A stretch of DNA of 64,000 nucleotides from Actinomycetota bacterium (GTDB lineage Bacteria > Actinomycetota > Thermoleophilia > Gaiellales > Gaiellaceae), in contig PLZU01000021.1 in NCBI GenBank assembly GCA_003152275.1, forward strand, positions 5,125 to 69,124, given 5' to 3'. How positions within the stretch are numbered: the first letter of the stretch is position 1; each line of letters starts with the position of its first letter. The notes below the pieces were generated by a model. The model was given only the letters and a program-made list of their open reading frames with translations, ran no database searches and was not told the origin of the DNA. The position numbers were made by a program, and so were the translations under genes. Positions 16,576 through 24,006 of this stretch are shown here, in pieces.

Positions 16576-17934
16576 GTGATTCCGCAGCGGCGGACGGCGC
16601 TCATCTCCGTGCTGGCCGCGATCGCTCTGATCGGGCTGAAGCTCGGGACGGGCATCGCGACGCACAGCCTCGGCCTCCTCTCGGAGGCCGCCCACTCGGG
16701 CACCGATCTCGTCGCCGCACTGCTGACGTTCTTCGCCGTCGGCGTCTCGGCTCGCCCCGCCGACGTCGGCCACCAGTACGGACACGGCAAGGCGGAGCAT
16801 CTCTCGGCGCTCGCAGAAGGCGCGATCCTCGTGATCGCGAGCCTCGTGATCGTCTGGCGCGCGATCGTGCGGCTCTCGGGGGGCGCGCATCATCACGTGA
16901 ACGTCACCTGGTGGGCGCTCCTTGTGATCGGAGTCGTGATCGCGCTCGATGTGGCGCGCACGATCGCTTCATGGCGTGCAGCGCGGCGCTACCACAGTGC
17001 TGCGCTGTCCTCGAACGCGCTGCACTTCGCGAGCGACCTCGGCGGCTCGCTCGCCGTGCTCGTAGGGCTGCTGCTCGTGCGCGACGGGTACCCGAATGCG
17101 GACTCGATCGCGGCGCTCTTCGTCGCCTGCATCGTGCTCGCCTCTGCGGTGCGCCTGATGCGCAGCAACGTCGGCGTGCTGATGGATCTCGTACCGACCG
17201 ACGCCGAGACGGCTGCGCGTGCGGCGATCGCGGGAATCGAGCCTGCCGTCGAGCTGCGGCGCCTCCGCATGCGGCAGGCCGCCGGCCGGGTGTTCGCCGA
17301 CGTCGTGATCGGCGTGTCGTACGACGCGGCGGTCGGGCAGGGTCACGCAGCCGCGAGCGCCGTCGAGCGCGCGCTCGAGTCAGCCTTGCCCGAAGCCGAC
17401 GTCGTCGTACATGTGGAGCCCATGGAGAGCGACGCAGCAGTGCGCGAACGCGCGCTCGCAGCCGCGCTCGGCGTGCCTCGCGTCCGCGAGGTACACAACG
17501 TGAGCGTGCTCGCGGTCGGATCGGGAAACGAGCTCTCGCTGCATCTAAAGCTCCCCGGCGACCTGTTGCTCGACGAAGCGCACCAGGTTGCCGAGCAGGT
17601 CGAGCGCGCGATCCTGGACGCGGTGCCCGAGCTCTCCGCCGTGCAGACACACCTCGAGCCGCTGGCCGAGGAGACGGCCGGAAAGCCCGCAGACAACGTC
17701 CCGGCCGACCGTGAGACCGTGGCGCAGATCGTGCGCGACGCCACCGGTGCCGATCCGGAGGAGCTGCACTTCGTCCGCATCGACGACGGTCTCGTCGCCT
17801 ACCTGACGGTTCGGCTCGGCGGTGCCACTGCGCTCGCGGACGCGCACGCGCGGGCGAGCGAGATCGAGGAGACGATCCGCAGCCGGCTTCCCGAGATCGC
17901 AGACGTGATCGTGCACACGGAACCGCTGCCGTGA
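16576..17934 (+). CDS. cation diffusion facilitator (CDF) transporter with three tandem C-terminal cytoplasmic domains
   Basis: HSLGLLSEAAHSGTDLVA and HFASDLGGS are TM metal-site motifs. Three consecutive approximately 75-aa repeats follow, each ending H-x-EP. GTG start with TACGCT 6 nt upstream. Confidence 0.85.
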   Translation: MIPQRRTALISVLAAIALIGLKLGTGIATHSLGLLSEAAHSGTDLVAALLTFFAVGVSARPADVGHQYGHGKAEHLSALAEGAILVIASLVIVWRAIVRLSGGAHHHVNVTWWALLVIGVVIALDVARTIASWRAARRYHSAALSSNALHFASDLGGSLAVLVGLLLVRDGYPNADSIAALFVACIVLASAVRLMRSNVGVLMDLVPTDAETAARAAIAGIEPAVELRRLRMRQAAGRVFADVVIGVSYDAAVGQGHAAASAVERALESALPEADVVVHVEPMESDAAVRERALAAALGVPRVREVHNVSVLAVGSGNELSLHLKLPGDLLLDEAHQVAEQVERAILDAVPELSAVQTHLEPLAEETAGKPADNVPADRETVAQIVRDATGADPEELHFVRIDDGLVAYLTVRLGGATALADAHARASEIEETIRSRLPEIADVIVHTEPLP

Positions 17935-18566
17935 AGCTCTGCATGTTTTCGCCACGCGACCGTGACCTGCCACGCGGCTGGCCCGGCCGGATCGAAGGCG
18001 ACCGCGTCGTCCAGCTCGCCGCCCAAACACTGCAATCGTTCTTCACCGGTGGCGGCAGCGCCCGTGAGCACGACGAGTTCGCGCTTGAGGACGTCGTGCT
18101 GCGCGCGCCCGTATTGCATCCGCCGACCGTGCGGATCTTCGGCGGTGACGGCGACTTCTCGTTCGCAAACTCCGCTGCGATCTACGGGCCGGAGGACGAG
18201 ATCCCGTTGCCGGCCGGCGTCGAGCAGGTGGAGTCCGACCTGCGGATCGCCGCAGTGATCGGAGCCGAGGGCGCGATCGGCGGCTTCACGCTCATGAACG
18301 ACTGGGTCGCGCCGGACCTCCCTGGAGCGAAGGCGCGCGACTTCGCGATCTCGCTCGGGCCGGCGGTCGTGACGCCCGACGAGTTCCCGTCGCGCGACGA
18401 CTGGCTTGCGCTCGTCGAGCACGCGGGGCGGAACACCCGTCTGCTGCCCGGTGACATCCTCGCCGCCGGGAGCATGCGCGACGGTCCCTTCGGTCCGGGC
18501 GACGTCGTCGAGCTGAAGCTCGACGAGATCGGCGTCTTGCGGAACGCCGTCGTCGCCAGGCGATGA
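17931..18566 (+). CDS. fumarylacetoacetate hydrolase (FAH) family protein, short form
   Basis: 211 aa. ELRIAAVIG-type and FTLMNDW, PGDILAAGS and ELKLDEIGVLRN motifs of the FAH fold. GTGA overlap with the CDF stop. Confidence 0.8.
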   Translation: MKLCMFSPRDRDLPRGWPGRIEGDRVVQLAAQTLQSFFTGGGSAREHDEFALEDVVLRAPVLHPPTVRIFGGDGDFSFANSAAIYGPEDEIPLPAGVEQVESDLRIAAVIGAEGAIGGFTLMNDWVAPDLPGAKARDFAISLGPAVVTPDEFPSRDDWLALVEHAGRNTRLLPGDILAAGSMRDGPFGPGDVVELKLDEIGVLRNAVVARR

Positions 18567-19537
18567 CGAAGGTCGCCGTCGTCGGGGCAGGCGTCATGGG
18601 CTGCGCGGCTGCGTGGGCGCTCGCGGCGCGCGGGGCTGAGGTCACGCTCTATGAACAGTTCGGCGCCGAGCACACGCGCGGGTCGAGTCACGGCCGCACG
18701 CGGATCTTCCGGCTCGCTTATCCCGAGGAGCTGTGGGTGGAGCTCGCCCAGGAAGCGCTCGCCGGCTGGCGTGAGCTCGAGCTCGAGTCGGGGCGCGACG
18801 TGCTCGCGCCGCATGGGCTCGTCGAGCTCTGCTCGAGCGTCGACGTAAGCTCGCGTGACGTGCTCGCGGCGCGGGGCATCGAGCACAAGTTGCTCGACCG
18901 GGACGAGCTTCGTGCGCACCGCGTCGAGCTGCCGGACGGCTGGGTCGCGCTCTGGCAGCCGGATGCGGGTGTCGTGCTCGCGGACGAGGCGCGACACGCG
19001 TTCCTCGATGTTGCGCAACCGAATTGGGAGACGCAGCACCGCGTCGAGTCACTCGACGCTCTCGACGCCGAGGTCGTGGTCGTCACCGCCGGCCCCTGGA
19101 TCACGGAGCTCGTCCCCGATCTGCCGGTTCGTGTCACCCGCGAGACGGTCGCCTACTTCGCGCGCGACGGTACGCCGGTGCCGTCGGTGGTCGAGCTCGA
19201 CGACGAGTCGCGGCGTCATGCGATGTACGCATTGCACGATCCGAAGTTCGGGTTGAAGGCCGGTGCGCATCACGCCGGTCACGTGGCCGATCCCGATGTG
19301 GAGGAGCCGGCCGACCCCGTGATCGTCGCTCGGATCGTCGAATGGGTGCGCGAGCGCTTCCCCGACGTCGACCCGCATCCGGTCGCTGCGGATTCCTGTC
19401 TTTACACATCGACCGAGGACGAATCGTTCGTGCTCGAGCGGCGCGGTCGCCTCGTCGTTGGCTCGGCGTGCTCGGGCCACGGCTTCAAGTTCGCGCCCGC
19501 CGTCGGGCGGCGGCTCGCGGACTTGGCGCTGGGCTAG
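18563..19537 (+). CDS. FAD-dependent oxidoreductase, sarcosine oxidase/SolA-like
   Basis: VAVVGAGVMGCAAAWALAARG (GxGxxG), RGSSHGRTRIFRLAY and C-terminal GHGFKFAP. ATGA overlap with the FAH stop. Confidence 0.75.
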   Translation: MTKVAVVGAGVMGCAAAWALAARGAEVTLYEQFGAEHTRGSSHGRTRIFRLAYPEELWVELAQEALAGWRELELESGRDVLAPHGLVELCSSVDVSSRDVLAARGIEHKLLDRDELRAHRVELPDGWVALWQPDAGVVLADEARHAFLDVAQPNWETQHRVESLDALDAEVVVVTAGPWITELVPDLPVRVTRETVAYFARDGTPVPSVVELDDESRRHAMYALHDPKFGLKAGAHHAGHVADPDVEEPADPVIVARIVEWVRERFPDVDPHPVAADSCLYTSTEDESFVLERRGRLVVGSACSGHGFKFAPAVGRRLADLALG

Positions 19538-19549
19538 GCTTCGCCCGCG

Positions 19550-20767
19550 ATGCCGTTCTATCAGCGCCTCGGCGACGTTCCCCGCAAGCGGCACATCCAG
19601 TTCCGCGAGAACGGGACGCTGCTCACCGAAGAGGTGATGGGGCTCGAGGGCTTCACCGGCAACGAGTCGATCCTGTACCACCTCCAATCGCCGTGCCGCG
19701 TGATGGAGCTCGACGGGTTCCAGCCGATCGAACGCAAGGAGTGGGTGCCCGACCAGCACGCGCACCGGCACTTCGCCACGTTCGACATCAAGCCGGAGGG
19801 TGACGAGATCAACGGCCGCCGCCTGCTGATGTGGAACAACGACGTCGAGATCTCGCTCTGCCGCCCGACGACGAAGATGGATTACTTCTTCCGCAACGGC
19901 GAAGGGGACGAGGTCGTGTTCGTGCACGAGGGCGGGGGTGTGGTCGAGACGATCTTCGGCGACGTTCCCTACAAGGAAGGCGACTACGTCGTCATCCCGC
20001 GCGGCACCACGTACCGCTTCGCGGCAGAAGGGCCGCAGCGCTATCTCGTCTTCGAGACGCCGGGGCTGATCGAGATCCCGCGGCGTTACCGAAACCAGTA
20101 CGGGCAGATCATGGAAGGCGCGCCGTACTACCACCGCGACATCCATCCGCCGACCGAGCTGCACACGGTGCGCGAGAAGGGCGAGTTCCCGGTCAAGGTG
20201 CGCGTGCGCGGCGGCTACCAGACCTACGTCGTCGACTACCACCCGTTCGACGTCGTGGGATGGGATGGTTTCGTATTTCCTTGGACGTTCTCGATCCACG
20301 ACTTCGAGCCGATCACGGGCCGTATTCACCAGCCGCCGCCGTCACATCAGACGTTCCAAGGCCAGAACTTCGTGATCTGCTCGTTCTGCCCGCGCAAGCT
20401 CGACTTCGACCCGGAGGCCGTGCCGATCCCGTACCACCATTCGAACCTGCAGTCGGAGGAGATGATCTATTACGTCTCCGGCAACTTCGGCTCGCGCAAG
20501 GGCGTCGAGGTCGGCTCGATCACGCTGCATCCATCAGGGCTGCCGCACGGGCCGCAGCCGGGTCTCGCGGAGAAGGCAATCGGTCTGCATGAGACGCACG
20601 AGCTCGCGGTGATGTGCGACACGTTCAATCCGTTGAAGCTGACGAGGTTCGCGAAAGACCTCGACGACGGCGTCTACTGGCAGTCGTGGTACGCGAACGC
20701 TGAGAGCGGTGTCGACGAGTCAGTCGACGGCGACGCGAGCGGCGCCGGCCTTACGTCGCACCTGTAA
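19550..20767 (+). CDS. hmgA: homogentisate 1,2-dioxygenase (compact Gram-positive type)
   Basis: 405 aa. GFTGNESILYH, cupin segments, YHHSNLQSEEMIYYVSG and ITLHPSGLPHGPQPG. Confidence 0.9.
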   Translation: MPFYQRLGDVPRKRHIQFRENGTLLTEEVMGLEGFTGNESILYHLQSPCRVMELDGFQPIERKEWVPDQHAHRHFATFDIKPEGDEINGRRLLMWNNDVEISLCRPTTKMDYFFRNGEGDEVVFVHEGGGVVETIFGDVPYKEGDYVVIPRGTTYRFAAEGPQRYLVFETPGLIEIPRRYRNQYGQIMEGAPYYHRDIHPPTELHTVREKGEFPVKVRVRGGYQTYVVDYHPFDVVGWDGFVFPWTFSIHDFEPITGRIHQPPPSHQTFQGQNFVICSFCPRKLDFDPEAVPIPYHHSNLQSEEMIYYVSGNFGSRKGVEVGSITLHPSGLPHGPQPGLAEKAIGLHETHELAVMCDTFNPLKLTRFAKDLDDGVYWQSWYANAESGVDESVDGDASGAGLTSHL

Positions 20768-20771
20768 GTCT

Positions 20772-20960
20772 CTAGAACTGGCGGGCGCGGCTGCTGTAGT
20801 CGAGCCGGTACGGATTCATGGGCCTCGGCGCGCCTTGCACCCAGTCGGGGTGGAATTTCTTCCGATGCTCTGCGACCGAGGCTTTCATCTTCGCGGGCGA
20901 CGCGACGCTCCAGGATGCGCTGCACCCATCGATCTCGCATTTCAGCTGTACGGCTGCCAT
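20772..20960 (-). CDS. small C2H2-like putative zinc-binding protein (62 aa)
   Basis: MAAVQLKCEIDGCSAS...VAEHRKKFHPDW gives C-x4-C-x18-H-x4-H. Start trimmed to ATG 20960 (TACTCT 8 nt upstream). The track N-terminal extension is Arg/Gly junk overlapping the divergent gene. Confidence 0.4.
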   Translation of the reverse strand: MAAVQLKCEIDGCSASWSVASPAKMKASVAEHRKKFHPDWVQGAPRPMNPYRLDYSSRARQF

Positions 20961-20968
20961 GTCTTGCC

Positions 20969-20974
20969 AGAGTA
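20969..20974 (-). promoter_or_regulatory. -10-like TACTCT, 8 nt upstream of ATG 20960
   Basis: Plus strand agagta. Confidence 0.35.
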
Positions 20975-20981
20975 GCGGGCG

Positions 20982-21024
20982 CTTTACGAAGTCGTTACGA
21001 AGGCGAGGCGCACGCTTTACGGAG
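20982..21024. repeat. three phased 10-bp direct repeats CTTTACGAAG / CGTTACGAAG / CTTTACGGAG
   Basis: Repeat starts at 20982, 20993 and 21015 (offsets 11 and 22 bp), in the divergent spacer between the Zn-finger-like ORF and the secreted-protein gene. Confidence 0.5.
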
Positions 21025-21073
21025 CCGACCCACGGTGCGATACGCAAACCACCCCGTCCCATGGAGGAAGTCC

Positions 21074-21655
21074 ATGAAGCGTTTCGCCCCCCTCGCACTG
21101 ATCGTCCTTGCGCTCGCCCTCGTTCCGGCGGCGTTCGCGGACAACGGCACCCCAGTGCCCACGCAGCCGACGACGACTGCGCCGGCGACCACCCCGCCGG
21201 CGACCACCCCGCCTGCGCAGCAGAACGCGGGCCGCCCGGGCATCCAGATGCGGATCGAGATCCTGCGCCTGCGGCTCCAGATCGTCCAGCTCCGCTTCCA
21301 GCTCCACTGCGGCCAGAACGGCAACGCCTCGCAGGACAAATGCGTCGCGTTCGCCCAGAAGGTCGTTGATCGCCTGACGAAGCTCGACGGCAACGTCCAG
21401 GCGAAGCTCGCCGCGTTGAAGGCCTGCACTCCCGACAGCACCGACCCGAAGTGCAAGAACGCCGACAAGAAGATCGCGGTTCTCACCCGGGTCGACACGC
21501 ACCTGCAGAACGTGATCCAGAAGCTCGAGGCCTGGCTGAACGGCACGGGCTCCTCGAGCTCCTCGAACTCGAGCTCGAGCTCATCGAGCAGCGACTCGGC
21601 CCTCGACCAGGCCGCGGCCGGTCTGAGTCAGGCCGCAGCCGGCTCGAACGGCTGA
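21074..21655 (+). CDS. secreted protein with signal peptide, Pro/Thr linker, helical Cys-containing core and poly-Ser tail
   Basis: MKRFAPLALIVLALALVPAAFA signal peptide. GGAGGAAG Shine-Dalgarno ends 3 nt upstream of the ATG. Start trimmed from 20915. Confidence 0.6.
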   Translation: MKRFAPLALIVLALALVPAAFADNGTPVPTQPTTTAPATTPPATTPPAQQNAGRPGIQMRIEILRLRLQIVQLRFQLHCGQNGNASQDKCVAFAQKVVDRLTKLDGNVQAKLAALKACTPDSTDPKCKNADKKIAVLTRVDTHLQNVIQKLEAWLNGTGSSSSSNSSSSSSSSDSALDQAAAGLSQAAAGSNG

Positions 21656-21665
21656 GGCCCACGGA

Positions 21666-21671
21666 TACGGT
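21666..21671 (+). promoter_or_regulatory. -10-like TACGGT, 6 nt upstream of alkA-like ATG 21678
   Basis: TANNNT consensus. Confidence 0.4.
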
Positions 21672-21677
21672 CCGGGC

Positions 21678-22496
21678 ATGGCGTTTCACGCCGTGCCCGG
21701 GCCATTCGATCTCGCGCTCACCACCGAGCGCTTTCGCGCGTTCGGAGTCGACAAGGCGGCGATGTGGCACGAAGACGGCCTGCACGTCGCCGCCGGTGGG
21801 GCGGCCGGTGCGCGGGAGCTGCGGATCGAGGCGGCGCCCGGCGGAGTCGATGTCGAGCCGCTCGATGCAGAGACGGAGCCGGTCGTGCGAACGGTGCTCG
21901 GGCTCGCATTCGACCTCGAGCCCTTCTATGCGTGGGCGGCTGCCGACGACGTGCTCGGCCCCGCGACGCGCCGGCTCCAAGGCTTCCGGCCGACGCTCGC
22001 GCGCGACCCCTTCGAGATGATCGTCGGCGCGATCACCGCGCAGCAAGTGTCCCTCCACTCGGCCGGCGCGACCCGGAACCGCTTGATCGAGCAGTTCGGC
22101 ACACAGGTCGGCAACGTCTGGGCGTTCCCGTTGCGCGAGCGGATCGCGGCCGCGAGCGAAGAGGAGCTCTTCGCACTGGGCTTCTCGCGCCGGAAAGCGG
22201 AGTACACCGTCGGGCTCGCACGCTCCGACTTCGACCTCCACGAGCTCGCAGTGCTGCCGGACGACGAGGTGAAGTCGAGGCTCGTCGCCCTGCGCGGCAT
22301 CGGCGAGTGGACGGCTGACTGGTTCCTCGCGCGTCATCTCGCGCGCCCGAACGCCTGGCCTTGGGGCGACCTCGCGCTGCGCAAGGCGGTGGCGCATCTT
22401 TATGGTGGGCTCGACGTACGGGAAGCGCGCGAGCGCTTCCACCCGTTCGAGAATCTCTCTGCCCACTATCTCCTGCTCGCGCACCGCCTCCAGTGA
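21678..22496 (+). CDS. DNA-3-methyladenine glycosylase II (AlkA-like, HhH-GPD)
   Basis: FEMIVGAITAQQVSLHSA, HhH LRGIGEWTADWFL and catalytic-Asp region WPWGDLALRKA. TACGGT lies 6 nt upstream of the ATG. Confidence 0.8.
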   Translation: MAFHAVPGPFDLALTTERFRAFGVDKAAMWHEDGLHVAAGGAAGARELRIEAAPGGVDVEPLDAETEPVVRTVLGLAFDLEPFYAWAAADDVLGPATRRLQGFRPTLARDPFEMIVGAITAQQVSLHSAGATRNRLIEQFGTQVGNVWAFPLRERIAAASEEELFALGFSRRKAEYTVGLARSDFDLHELAVLPDDEVKSRLVALRGIGEWTADWFLARHLARPNAWPWGDLALRKAVAHLYGGLDVREARERFHPFENLSAHYLLLAHRLQ

Positions 22497-23431
22497 TTCG
22501 CCCCGCAACCCCTGACGACCTGGCGCTCGTGCGCGAGCTCTGGCACGCCTTCGGTGCGGAGGTCCCCGACGCGGAGTGGCGCGACGACGATTCGGAGGAA
22601 GACCTGCGCGAGATCAGGGCGGCGGTGGGCAAGGACATCGTCCTGCTCGCCGACGACGTCGGCCTCGCCGTCGCGACGAAGCAGGGCGACCGGCTCGGAG
22701 TGCTCGACCTTCTGTACGTGCGCCCCAAGGCACGGGGCAATGGTGTCGCGCGCGAGCTCATACGCGAAGTCGCCGTGCAGTTGCGCGCGCGTGGCATCGA
22801 CATGCTCGAGCTCGAGGTGCTCGCAGCGAACGGCGATGCCCGTGCGGTGTACGAGCGCTGGGGCTTCGCGCCCATCGAGTTGACACTCGCGACCCCTGTC
22901 GACGCGCTCGTTGAACGGCTCAACCGGAGTGATGGGCCCACCTTTGGCTCGATCCACGTGCAGACCGACGACACGGGCTCGGTCGAGCGCGAGGTGCACA
23001 AGGCCTTGCCGCGAATGGGCCATTCCGAGCAGACGATGGTGGGTGGCGCACACAACGGTTGGGTAACAGTGCGCGACGAGCTGTGCGACCGCGACCCGGA
23101 CGTGCTCCAGCGGCTCGCCAAGGAGCTGTCGTACACGAACGGCGGAGTCGTGCTCGCACTCGGCGTCGAGGATGGCGCGCTCGTGCGCTACACGCTCTAC
23201 GACCGCGGCACAGCGATGGACGAGTATGCGTCCGTGCCGGAGTTCCGCGGGCCGCTGCCGCCCGGCGACGTGATTGCGCTCGGCGCGAACCCGACGGTCG
23301 TCGCGCGTCTCACGGGCGCTGATCCTGCACGCGTGCGGGAGATCGCGCGAACGGCGGCGTCGCCGGCTGAGCTACCGCCCGCGCTTGAGCTGCATGCGCA
23401 GATCGCGGAGTTGATGGGTGTGCAGGTCTGA
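22493..23431 (+). CDS. GNAT N-acetyltransferase fused to an uncharacterised about 160-aa C-terminal domain
   Basis: LLYVRPKARGNGVARELI and ANGDARAVYERWGF are GNAT motifs A/B. GTG 22493 overlaps the alkA-like stop (GTGA). Confidence 0.7.
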   Translation: MIRPATPDDLALVRELWHAFGAEVPDAEWRDDDSEEDLREIRAAVGKDIVLLADDVGLAVATKQGDRLGVLDLLYVRPKARGNGVARELIREVAVQLRARGIDMLELEVLAANGDARAVYERWGFAPIELTLATPVDALVERLNRSDGPTFGSIHVQTDDTGSVEREVHKALPRMGHSEQTMVGGAHNGWVTVRDELCDRDPDVLQRLAKELSYTNGGVVLALGVEDGALVRYTLYDRGTAMDEYASVPEFRGPLPPGDVIALGANPTVVARLTGADPARVREIARTAASPAELPPALELHAQIAELMGVQV

Positions 23432-24006
23432 TGCTCACGCTCTACGACGCCGCGCGCTGCCCGTACTGCGCTCGCGTGCGCATCGTGCTCGCCGAGAAGG
23501 ACGTCGAGTACGAGCCGATCGAGATCGATCTCGCCGATCGTCCTGCGTGGATCTACGAGAAGAACTCGACAGGACGCGTGCCGGTGGTCGAGGAGAACGG
23601 CTGGCTGCTGCCGGAGTCTGCCGTGATCATGGAGTTCCTCGAAGAGCGCTACCCTGAGCCTCCGCTGCTCGCGGCCGACGCTGCCGACCGCGCGCTCGCG
23701 CGACTCTGGATCTTCCGGCACGACGACTTCACGAAGCCGTACTACGCGCTGCGCCGCGGCGAAGACGGCGCGGCTGCGCGCCTTGATGCCGAGCTCGCCA
23801 AGCTCGACGTTGCACTCACGCAACGTCCGTGGCTCGGAGGGTCAGAGTACGGGCTCGCCGACATCGCGTACGTTCCGTGGGTGTTGCGCGCGCGCGACAT
23901 GCTCGGCGTCGCTCTCGAGGGGTTCCCCGCAGTTGCCGCATGGCTCGAGCAGCTCGTCGAGCGACCGTCGATCGCGATGGAGGTCGAGGTCGTTGCAGCA
24001 CTCTGA
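23431..24006 (+). CDS. glutathione S-transferase family protein (CPYC, omega/Grx2-like)
   Basis: LYDAARCPYCARVRIVLAEKDVEYEPIEID, VPVVEENGWLLPESAVIMEFLEE and a GST C-terminal helical domain. Confidence 0.8.
   Translation: MLTLYDAARCPYCARVRIVLAEKDVEYEPIEIDLADRPAWIYEKNSTGRVPVVEENGWLLPESAVIMEFLEERYPEPPLLAADAADRALARLWIFRHDDFTKPYYALRRGEDGAAARLDAELAKLDVALTQRPWLGGSEYGLADIAYVPWVLRARDMLGVALEGFPAVAAWLEQLVERPSIAMEVEVVAAL

Noticed and set aside
20961-21098. N-terminal extension of the small minus-strand ORF (track start 21098)
   Set aside because: The extension (MRGGRNASWTSSMGRGGLRIAPW...) is Arg/Gly-rich. It overlaps the start and Shine-Dalgarno of the divergent secreted-protein gene and contains the phased repeats. 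ATG 20960 has a -10-like hexamer at leaderless spacing.
21541-21600. Apparent tandem CTCGAG/TCGAGC DNA repeat
   Set aside because: It is in-frame Ser codon repetition encoding the poly-Ser tail of the secreted protein. It is not an independent repeat element.
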